A program made the translations under genes and the position numbers. Below the pieces are notes generated by a model, which was given only the letters and a program-made list of their open reading frames with translations, had not been told where the DNA came from and ran no database searches. From Owenia fusiformis (lineage: Eukaryota): DNA of 64,000 nucleotides. The stretch covers positions 5,208,001-5,272,000 of the forward strand of contig CAIIXF020000001.1 of the NCBI GenBank assembly GCA_903813345.2, read 5' to 3'. Positions 25,901 to 37,900 of the stretch are shown here, one piece after another. Position 1 is the first letter of the stretch, and the number at the start of each line of letters is the position of its first letter.

Positions 25901-28900
25901 GCTCCTCATGTGGATTATCAGGGAGTAATATAGATTGTTCATTTCTCATTAGAATTACTCATCTCCAGCATTGTTTCACTCTTATTGTAAGAGCTAATTT
26001 ATTCAGGTTTACTCATTGGCCCTACAGAATCTACCAGTGAGCCGAGAGTAATTATTATTCTCCGCGGAACTAACAGAGAGTAGGCTAGGAGTAATCTGAG
26101 AGTGGAAAGAGTAAGTTGAAGAGCAATTTGGAGTAATTAAGGAGTTGTCTGAAATTAGGAGTAATCTTGTGAGTAATCAAGGAGTAATTCAAGAGCAGGG
26201 GGAGCAAATTGAGAGCGATCGTATTAGCAGAGGAGGAGTAACTTGAGTAAACCAAGAGTATATTTGGAGTTACCTGTAGAATAACCAGGAGTATTGTGAA
26301 TTTTGCTGTGAGGAGTAACCCAGAATATTAACCTTGTTCCTGAGAAGTAACCAGAGAGTAAATGAGACGATCACATAGGATCTTAGAAGAGACTGAGTAG
26401 CCAAGTGAATATAATTTTCAGGACATTGAGAGTAGTATTTCTTTATGAACAATTCAGTGATGATAGACATTTGAGTTTTATTTTATCAGAGCATTTGAGT
26501 AATAATAAGGACTTTGAGATTACTCTTTGAGTATAGAAGGATAAATAAAGACAGTAGAAGTACATTATTTGAGTAAACTGATATTTTATTGTAACGTTTT
26601 ATTGTACAAATATATGTGTTTTTGTTGCCATTAATTCTTGTCATGTACGTTTTCTTAAGCCGCAGTACCACCAAACCAGGTCTGCGCCCACGTAGATAAT
26701 CTGTGAGAATCCCATAATAAAATATTTGTCAGTGACTTGACCTCTCCACACTACCACATTTTGGCCAGGTCCGACAATATAGCAAATATTGTAAAATAAC
26801 ACACATAAGAAAGGCCACCATTTTCAAAATCGTTGCTCACTAGCCAAGTTTTCATCAGAAAAAGTAATATGCTTTTAAGTAGGGACATATAAAAATCTTT
26901 AAAAATCACACACACGTACATGTAAATGGTGGTCATTTTTTAAAACTAATACACAAAATGTCAATGGGGCTTTTAACATTCAGGGATCAGATGGAATTTA
27001 TCGCCATTCCTTATTGTGGTGGTGATTACCGCCATTTTAGAAATGAAAGGAGGGGAACTTTTTGTAAGTTTCTTTTGGTTTTAGTATAAAAATACATGAA
27101 AAGATGTCAGGACAATCCATTAGCGATGCCTTGTTTGCTCTGTCATCCCTCATTTCGAATTTGCTTTTACTTTTGTGTCAAGAAAGAGAGACAAGAACAC
27201 AAAGGTGCACAACATGTTCCCACCAATGGGTGATCCTATATTAAGCTCATTCCAGATATAAGCATACATTTGAGTCGCCAGCTATAATCTCATTATAGTC
27301 CAGAAATAAAACTCATTTGTTATTTTAGAAGTTGGGGTTGGAGTCTACCTTTACCACACTATTCAGTAATATGTATTTACACATATTTTTCAAGACCCAA
27401 ATATAGCTGAACTAGTCTCTAAGCTAGAGACTTGAGTAATCTTTGTATTATGTTGGGTCCCATTTGGAGTGGGGTTTTCAGATAAATTTCTCTTGTTGGT
27501 ATAATACTGTAACCTACCATTTTTTGAAGCGGCCACATATGAATCAAAGGCTTGTTGGCTATTGCTGCAATCACATACTGCCCACCAAGTAGTGCAAGGG
27601 ACCTAGGGGCACTAGAACCACCTTTAAATGTCGCAATAGTTGTACCTGAATATGGATCCCAAATACACGTGTTCCATAGCTGTCCTGTAGACTCACTTGT
27701 TATAAGTATCTGGAGTATAACAGATTCATATTAATACAAGTGATGTTACAATAGTGATGGCTCGGTTAGATTCAGTTACCTGTATTTTACAAACGGGGGT
27801 CTTTTACAGGTGGGAGTCTTGTACAGGGTGGCCAGAAAGAAATGTTATCTCCTTGAATAATATTTTACTCCAGTTTTTAGGCACCACTAATTAAGAAATA
27901 TAGAACGAAGAGCAGAGCCAGGGCATTGATCTCGAATATGCCCCAGGTGAAACTAGACTATATCCTCTAGTCTGAAATTTTTTTGAAATTTGGAATGAAA
28001 ATATTCAGACTATAGCCCACATATAGTGGATGAGCTCGGACCACTTTTTTACTCACACTATTGCATTTTTATAATTATGTTAATTATTTGTAGTTTATCA
28101 TTTGCCATTGATTTTGAAAATAATAGGGTCTATTAAAAATGTAAAATAGTTCCCCTTTTCATCATATGTGGTCAATTTTCATACAACTTATAAAATATGT
28201 ATTCATGAATGTTCCCCAAACATTATTTTGTCAAAATATTTCAAAATTATTGAAATATGAGAAGAAATCAACGCGGAAGGAATTCTGAGTAAAAGTTGTG
28301 TTGATAATAGTTTACCGCACGTGTTGTTTATTAGTTAATATGCGCAATTCAACCAATGAAATTGTCTAAATTTTACAATCACGCGACCTGAGCATGGGAC
28401 TAGAACCAATCACGTCAGTTGTTTATTACGAAGTTACCATGCTTACGGTGAGATACCTGCCCGTCGCAGTGATATATCACTGCACGGGAGTTCGCCTCTT
28501 CGAATAATCGCCATTAATGCCCTCCTTGCTACTTTTATGAGGGGGTAATACGATAAGCATCCATAATTTATGTTATATATCTCCAATCAAATTTATATTT
28601 CTAGGGAGTGTGTATCTATATATAACAAGTTCCCATGACAAGTTTGATCATGCTTGGTCAAGTGGTTGCCATGGCAACACAACTTAAGTGCGAAAAATTG
28701 TTAATATTTCAAATTAAACCACCAGTACTTTAAAAAGTAAACGACTGCTAATCTCTTTGGATTGCACCAATCAGCATGAAGTTGACTTTAAAAACATATT
28801 TAAGGAGTTTTCAATGAAATAACATGATTAAAATGATTAATTGAATGATATCTATGACTCTAGTCCATTACTCTATTTGGTCACTATCATTCACATTGCT

Positions 28901-31900
28901 CAAAAGTGGGCGTGGCACTTTTAAGTAACTATCTTGAGTAATTCATGTTATGTACCACGTAGGGGCCGAAATTTTAAATGTTTGGAACTACTTTGAATCT
29001 AAAAATAAGCAATTGGAGAACCATATTGAAACAGAATATGTAAAAATAGAAACATTTATATATCTGCTTCATATGGGGTTATTAGCCTTTTGCAGATTGT
29101 CGACATAGACATTTAGACTCTATACTTGTCCTAACTTTTGTATATTTTAGAGTCTAGTTTGTTTTGTATTTTAGCTATCATATCTGCACATTACACATAA
29201 CTATCTGAAATATACAAAAAATAGGACTTGTGCATACTGCATATGCTTCCATTTTTTCATATACTCACTGTTGCAATATATACAGTCATTTGATTGCTTA
29301 TTTTTTTTAAGTCCAAACATGCACTCTAAAATTTCTTGAAAATTATAGTCTACGGTACGCCCATAGGCCAAGGGTAAAGTAATAGTAAGCCATATATAGA
29401 AGAGACAGGTGAACAACTCTGACTTAGACCACTTGTTAAGATGGAGATTTCAACATTATTTAGTGTATTATTTTCAAAAACACCCCGGGTGATCAATATC
29501 CTGTGTTCCGAATTTCGTTCCAGCAAGTCAGTGAGTTGTGTTTTACTGAATCCCGACAAATATGGCGGCTAATTTGACAACAGACGATGTTGATGTCGAC
29601 AATTATTCAAAACTTTCTGACAGCATAAGGTAAGACTGAATATAGAGTGGCGCATTCGGTGCCTAAATATGTTTGCAACATTTTCTTAGTTGTTTATCCA
29701 TATGCGTTGGGCATTACTGCTAATCGAAGCATAAGTAAACGTGACCTCATTTTCAACGCTCGCTGGAAAGTATGTCACCGAGCAGTTTTTGACCTTCTGT
29801 TAGTTAATGAGATAAACTGTTATCATGGTATAATTGCTGGGTAAACGTTCAAAGTATGTACCAACTCGTGCTTCCAGTGAATATAAACCATTTCTTTGCA
29901 TAAGCGTCCTAGAAGGCATAATAAGATATATTCCATAGTACCGAATAGGAATCGCCAGTGTTCCGACGCACTTCATGGATAAATGCTCATAGACTATTGA
30001 ATCATAATGAACAGAAGCAATGTATACTCACGTGTGATATCTTAATTTATCAAAAATAAGAATTGAATGCATTTGATAATATTGATACTTTGCCAACTTG
30101 ACTGATTTTTTTCTAGTCTGAGTAATTAATAAATGAGTAGTGGATTTGATTAATTGAGGATTTCCCATGTTAAAATATGTGAAAATTGTCAAGAGGCCAC
30201 ACACATCAGAGGATGAGAGTACAATACAACGATGTGTAAATTATGAGACTATGTTGCAACACCTTCAAAGAATGGTCATTTCACAATCCACATTGCACAT
30301 ACTGTAGCAGGCATTTTTATGATATATTTTAACATTGTCACAAAAACCAGGGATTGACAAAAAATATAGCATATCATATAGCAGGTATATGCCAGGTATT
30401 GTAATATATTTCAACGTTGTCACTGTTAGAGTAGGCATTACAATTTACCCATAAAAATATAATAATATTGACAACAGGCTAAAAAGTCTTCACTTAGTAA
30501 GCCATAAATGTCACATAAAGGCGACGGTCACACCAGGCTTTCACGATAGCATTGCTAAGGTAATAGTCCCTGGTATGACTTCCGAATATGAAGGATCCGT
30601 AGCACACTATAGCGCAGCAACATTTGAAGCAATATTTATGAAGGTGTATATGTCTTGATTCTTTTAAAATACCATTTGCCGAAAAAACTTCCGGCTTTCG
30701 GGTCGAAAAATGTATTTCATCACAAGGGGTCAAAAAACGTAAATATTTTGATTCGAACTTTTATAAATTTTATAAGACACAGACCGTTATTCTAAGCATA
30801 CGAACAAAAAAATTGATTATCATAATGTCAAAATTACTATGATTTTACTGTAGATGTCGGTGTTTAATTAGTGTAATTACACAAGTGTGTTTTTCAGATT
30901 TTGTTTGATTTTTCAAATATGAGCTAAGCCGATTCAACAAAATTGTATGGAATATTTAGGTAATTTTTTTTGATTGGGAACGTATTAGTTTTCCGGGTAG
31001 TTTTCTTACCAGTTAAAACATTTTATTACCAGAATTTTTCCATATAATCGTAAAGGGTCTAACAACAAATTATTGTTGATGTTTTATAAAACATAATACA
31101 ATAACAAATAGGTAAGATTCATATCTAATTCGATGTTACAGAGGTATTTGCATGTTCATATATTCCAAGGGCATGTCTAATAATCAATTAGAGTCATATG
31201 CAGTCGAACGCCTTACAATTCTTCCTCGACGTTAGTTGTGGCTATCATCAAGTTTTCTGATAGTTGTTTCTTCTTTGACCTTACCGAAGGATGCAATCAA
31301 ATTTTAGGAAGATAATGATAACGATTTTTCTCAATTATTCATGAATTCGACCAAGTCTTGATGGTTGTTTCATAAGTAACTGAGCTATATCTAACTACGA
31401 GAAATGGAATTTTAGCTGTAGTCGCAATTAGTCAAGGGAGAGCAATAGGCCCACCTTTATTGATAATGTTCACCGCTGAATAAAAGTTCATATCTTAAAA
31501 CGTATTGAGACCCATTTTGCGAAAAACTAGCATAATTTAAGCATTTGTCATTCTAATAGAAAAGTGATTCATTTGTAGCATTTATCTTATTAATACCCGA
31601 GAAACAATACAAAATGTCGATTCACTGATGACATAATCTTTTGGTATTGAATAGAAAAATAACCTCAAACTTTTAGCTTAGAAACCTAAATCATATACTT
31701 AAAATCATATTTTATTATTTGCTATTGCATTGTGTACTCCAAATTGTAAAAGTTTGGAAGTTTATTTTTTGGAAATTTTTTGACCTCTGTTAATGGCAGG
31801 CATAATTTAGCCTTAAAGCCGGAAGTATATTAAACGGTTATAATAAAAATTATTAGGGGACATATGTAGGTATGCTTATGTTAGGTCAAATATCGCTGCG

Positions 31901-34900
31901 CTATAGTGTGCTACCAGCTCCTTTATTAGACGTCCTAGAGATTTCATACCATGGACTATAATGGCAGGATCCATGCATAATTTATTAAATCAGGCCCGCA
32001 GATAGGAGGGGGGGGGGCCCTGGTCAGAAATTCTCTCAAAAACTTGCAGTTTTTCACCATTCTGAGCACTTTCACATGATTTGCCAAAACAACAGATGCC
32101 AGCCAGATCATACTTATAGTAGAAGGCTAGGCTCAAATAAACCTCAAGTTGAGGTATTATCATTGAGATACTGATACTATACATACGATCGTGCTATCAA
32201 AACTGTCAAAAAGCCCCCCCCCCTTGGCAAAAACTCCACCCTTGGTAAAACCGCTCACCAATGGTGAATCCTGGATACGGGCCTGTAAATGGTCATCGTG
32301 GTTGTACCAGACAGCAATGCAATGTTTTGATTTGCACACATTTTTATTTTTAAAAATCTAATTGAGAGCATCCTAATCATGTGAAAAGTTCAATTTTTTT
32401 TAATAGTTATATTCCTTCTATAAAGTGGGTACACTTTTTGGGACACCCTGTATTTGCAGTTCAATGCCAATGTGGAAATCAATATACAGGGAAATTCGAT
32501 CTTGAATTTGTAAAATAATAACAAGAAAGGTAGCACCAAATTAGCTTGATGTATTCATGAATGGATTCTCAAAAGTATACAAAATATATATAATCTTATT
32601 CTGTAGCTTCGGGACAATGGCGATTCCTATTCGGTAGAATGGAATATATCTTTCAACGACTTCTATGACGCTTATGAAAGGAAATAGCTTGGATTCAAAC
32701 ATAGCACAAGTTGAGACATACTAATAAGGTATACTTTACAGTTATACAATGCTCAGAGTATCCATCATTACTTACAGAAGGCAAAGAACGACTCGCTGAT
32801 ATCGTTTTCTGCGAGCTTTTCGAATTGGGTCATGTTGGTTTCATGCTTCGATTTGCATTAATAGCCTACACATATGGATAATCGTTTATGAACATGTTGA
32901 AAACATATTCCAGCACCGAATGCATTACTCTATATTCATTCTTTCCTTATGCTATCTGATTTGTTTGACACATTTTCGTCACCTGGCTCGTCGAGACGCC
33001 ATATTCATCGGGATTCAGTAAAAACACAACTCGGGTCACTGACTTGCTGGAACGAAATTCGGAACACAGGATATTGATCACCCGGGGTGAAAAAGCCATG
33101 GGGAGTTGATAGAAAATTGATAGTTTGTAGCTCTTACCTAAGATTGAAACTCAGTCAGATGATATAGAGTGAATAATGCTGTCTAAAAGAGAGAATTTCT
33201 GAAAACCTGCAATTGCTTGGCAAGTTCATTAGTAAACAAGTGATCTGATTGGTCACTGCTGACCTCCCTGACCTCCACCAGTGACAATCAGTTTCAGCTT
33301 GCCAGGCAATTGCAGATATCCATACAGTGGGGATCATAAAGAATTGCAAAAGATATGAAAATTACATGCTGTCGCACATGTAATGGATCCTTACCTCAGT
33401 GTATTCAGTGCTCTATTTTCTCCGTCTTAGTAAGTCCAAATATAGTGGAATTTGTGTCCCTAATGACAAATAAGAACTTCAAAAGTTGAGGTAATTTTGT
33501 CGCCCGATTGCGCCGGAACGGAGGATTGGCTCCCAGAATGCAACATGACAATGTGCCAGCTTTCAAAATGCTGTTCCGCCATTTTGAAACCTGTCATGAG
33601 TAAATACGGTTAACTGATGTTGCATTCTGGGAGTCAACCATCCTTGGATAACAAACATGGCGATTCATGAAAACATTCATTCGATTTGGTAGGGATTTTA
33701 TCCATTATTTGCAGGTATGAAGCTTTGGATTCATTTATTGTGCTACTTTAGTGAGCGGGAATTATTTTTCTACCGCTTGGGAGAGTTTGAGACACGAAAC
33801 TTTGAAATTAGCTCATTGTGACAACTTGTGAACGTTGAGTTTTATGTTCGAAGTGTCTGGAGTACCTTAAAATTTAAGGTTCTTTAGCCAAAAATGCTAA
33901 AGAGCCTTCAAATTTAAGGCTATTTAGCTGTGAACATAGTGTTTTGGCTAGAGAGCCTTTGTGTTTATAATCCGTGTTTATATTGTTTTTTATTGAAGTT
34001 TTCGTCATCTAAACAATAAAACAACACTCTCGAAAGTTTTTCAACCCAGAATGCCACTTAAAAATTTCACACATGTATATCACTATAGAGTTGTAAAATC
34101 TTTAGTCTCATCACGGAATAACATCCTGGTATAGTGGTTAGGGTGCTCGCTTCCCAATTCTGAGGCGTGGGCTCGATTCCCCGATGGAGCACCTATTATT
34201 TTGAATAACAAGCCGGAAGTTTGTTCTCCGACCGGTTCTCTGATGTCCGGAAATTATGTACACAATTTTTTCTAGAATTCTTGGGCTTGCTCCATCGCTC
34301 AATCATCAATGTAAATTAATCACTTGTATCGGCTCTGCTATAATCTAGTCACGAGAATACAGGGAATCCCATTTTAAGATGGCAAAAAGTATGATGAAGA
34401 CCTGGGGATGAAAAAGGATCTTGTTTCTTCTAGATCAGCACATCTTGACGCAGTTTATCGTGAATGCAGGGACATCACAGAATACACTTCCAAGTCTAAA
34501 TGCCCATTAGATTTCAATGCTGATTTTAGAATTTTTCACCTGACGAGATATTTTTGCATCTTCCTCAGAATTTAAGCACATGAGACAGCACAAAGAAAAT
34601 TTACAGTACAAGAGGTGAACTGTCGAGGAAACAGCGGCTTATGCAACACAACAACAACATTTTTATCCTAGCCTCCAATCCATCAATAAATGTCTATACA
34701 TCAAAATCTTTACTAAACGGACGTTGCGATTTATAGTGGATAAAATGGTAAAAATTACATTTTTCTGGCTATATACGTGATTGCCTGTTCTTACACCTTC
34801 TCTGGTGAACCAGAGCATAGCCGTAGCCAGCGGGGGTTCGGTGGGTTCGAACGAACCCCCGGTCAGGATTTCCCAAAATATCATTTTGCGGAAAATGTAT

Positions 34901-37900
34901 ATAACCAGAATCATTAAATTACTGTGCTATTTGAAAACTACATATGTGAGCAGTAAATGAATTGATATTTGTTATGGTGAACACGAGAGCATTATTTTCT
35001 TAAAAACATGTCATAGTGAAGTTACACTTCCCTCAAAACGTTTGGCATGCTTCATCTCGGACAAAATAACCCATCTTGGGCAATGGCTAAATCAGTCCTT
35101 TATAGGAATTTTGTTTTAAGCCAGTTCTGGTCCAATACGAAGTTATTGAAAGTTATTGAAAACAATGCAGACGTCCCATTCTCTGAATGATTTTTACAAC
35201 ATTGGCGAATAAATATCTGGAAGAGTCGTAATATTGATGAAACACATGTTCTTTCAAATGTGTACATCTCTGTTTTGTTTTATTTCGATTAAAATTAAAA
35301 ATATTTATTGGGGCCGGGCGTCCCTGGGGCTGGCAAGTCCCCGAAACCAATTAATAATTAAAAACGTTGTGAAATGAATTATTTAAAAGCGTATATCATT
35401 TATAAACACAAGCAAAATTCATTCATTCTTTCATTTGTTCAGTATTTATTTACCCATAACTTTCCAAAGAAAAATCAATCATTGCAAAAAATGTTGTTTT
35501 TTCAGATACACTCCACTCATCTCCACTGTAAGAGATTGTATAGAATTCAAATTGTTATCGTTCCAGTTTACTTGCTCTCCATTATTTCATGTTAATGTCA
35601 TAATATGTTTAGCGAATAAATAATGTAATAAAAAAAAACATTGAAAAATTATATGGTATTTATCTTCAAATAATGAAGGCCTAATTTGTTATCAAGCCGT
35701 CTGAACTTAACAAAATAACAGTCGATTGTATTTATATATAATTTTATCCACTAAAACGTTTTTATTATCAATTGCGGTTGATCTGCTCTGGGGGACTTAC
35801 CACTGAGCTCCGATGACGTCCAAAGAAATATTTTTAACTTTTTAAAACAAAGCATAACCGAGACCCACTTATTTGAAAAATAGATATTTTCATTGATCAG
35901 TAATACGACTATCCCGGATAGTTTATAAAGCCTTCGTGTAAACGTTGTGAAAAGTTATCATAGAAGAACGATCTTTCGGAGTAAGGGTGTTTGCGTCAAT
36001 TTCAATAACCTTGCATTTGATCCGAACTGGCTTCCAACAAATTTCCTGAAAATAATGATAAGCCATTGCATGAGGTGATTTATTTTGTCCAAGATGAAGT
36101 AGCTTAAGTTAAAGAATAAATTGTGCGAAATAGTTGATATTCCTTGGAAACAAATCATGCTCCAGGGTCTCCCAGAAATCAGTCGAAATAATGGTGGATT
36201 CGGGGCAAATCAGATTTCAGGATATGTATTCAGTAAAAGATTCACCGAAGTATATTTTGATGCAGAAAATTAATTATAAGTTGTCTGACTTTTTTGCACG
36301 TTGCCTGTTTATTTTACTTTGTGAACATTAAAGTCGCAAAGCTACAAGGTCATTTTTGAAAATCATTTTTGCGTCCAGACTTTTCTCATGTCATTCCTTG
36401 TCATGTCTATTTTCTAAAAATCACAACATTACATACTTTATTCCAGGAAAACTAAAGATTTTTACAAAAATGTATTATTTTTCTATAAGAATGGTTACCA
36501 TTCTTATTATTTGGGAGAATTTAAACATTTTCACTCATTTTTGCACTTTGAATCATTAATAACTTCACCAATTTATAACATGTTGTGAATCTTTTGGGAG
36601 ATATTGTATTTGATATTGTAAGGAATAGATTGGTAGGTCAATTATACATGTTGCTTGTAATTTTATCACCCCCTATAGATCAGATTCTGCCTTTAATGAA
36701 GGTATTGAAATGAATTATATTTCCCCTCCCAAAATAGTTTCTTTACAAATTATGCAAATAAGAATTCAAACTTAAAGATGATTTAATACATAATTCAATG
36801 GGGTAGTTAGGATTGCCAAACTTTTGGAGGGAGTGTAATTGTACAAATTGCATTATTTGAGAAACCCTAATGAAGGGGGGGGGGGATTTGTGAATAACAT
36901 AAAAATAGAACCCCCGGTCACCAAATCCTGGCTACGCCACTGCAGAGACATATATTTTCGATATATGCATGAACATCAAACAAATAAACATTTACTTTTC
37001 AAAATCGATGTTTGTACCTTTAAAAAGCCAAATTTAGACTGGGGATTGAAAAGGTTCTTTTATTTCTCTCGGTAGACCGGAAGTAAATTTATGAGTCGAG
37101 CAAAAAGTGATAATGTTTTTTTGTGAAGTGGGGAAGTCAAAACAGTACTAAAAGAAGTCATAGTAAGCATTAGAAGATCATTTAAAACCATTCAAATCGA
37201 CGGCAAAGTTAGTTGATATGACTGAAATCTTTATATATTATCTTCTTCATCTTCGCGGACCTCAGAGAAGTCACTTCCGGTTTAATAATCAGTGATTTTA
37301 TCGATCAAAAAAATTTTCTTTTTGAATTTGTCCGATATCTGCTAATATGGTATGTATATTTGTGCTGATTGTTAAATTACAAAATAGGTTGGGTATAGAA
37401 TATGTCAAAGTCGTTTGATCTTGTCCCAGAAGCAATATTTCGTCATTTCTGTTGCCTGGAATTCCTCTAAGGCTCTCTAGCAGAATTGGCTATCAAAATG
37501 CTAAAGAGCCTTAAAATTTAAGGCTCTTTAGCCCAAATGCTAAAGAGCCTTAAAATTTAAGGCTCTTTAGCATTTTGGCTAGAGAGCCTTAAATTTTAAG
37601 GCTCTCCAGGCGCGGCCATTTTTGTCCCCCACTGTAGTTGTTGTTTATGCAGTAGACTATTATATGCAGTTTTTAGATAAAGATTTGAAAAAAACAATGA
37701 TATAAGTTTGAAAAACACTTTGAAGAAGATTTTGGAGAGATTTGGGAATACAATTTGATACCAGTAAGGAGAACTAGTCTAGTGCCAAGACTAAAAAATT
37801 GGAAAAATTTTCAATCTTAGTCTACTTGCGATTTGCGAACCTATGTACAGTTTACTATTACTTTTCCCTTGGCCTATGGGTACGCCTGCGTAGACAAGAC

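Larger units (their letters stand above)
18711..26776 (+). mobile_element. Young Gypsy/Metaviridae-type LTR retrotransposon, non-autonomous (gag-protease only), antisense in WDR18 intron 2
   Basis: TG...CA LTRs at 18711-20650 and 24837-26776; ATAT TSD (18707-18710 and 26777-26780); PBS; PPT; single long ORF. Confidence 0.96.
29481..33089. mobile_element. Foldback-type non-autonomous DNA transposon with CAC termini
   Basis: Perfect 54-bp TIR CACCCCGGGTGATCAATATCCTGTGTTCCGAATTTCGTTCCAGCAAGTCAGTGA, then ~430 bp of diverged inverted similarity; flanked by AAAAA on both sides. Confidence 0.85.
33325..37634. mobile_element. TA-flanked non-autonomous DNA element with palindromic subterminal repeats
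   Basis: TA|CAGTGGGG ... CCCCACTG|TA; arrays of the palindrome GCTAAAGAGCCTTAAAATTTAAGGCTCTTTAGC at ~33860-33960 and ~37490-37610 in inverted orientation. Confidence 0.55.
29346..37897. mobile_element. Older outer MITE (~0.6 kb once the nested inserts are removed)
   Basis: Imperfect ~55-bp TIRs sharing CCCATAGGCCAAGGG(T/A)AAAGTAATAGTAA at ~29360 (+) and ~37855-37880 (-); no clear TSD. Confidence 0.55.
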
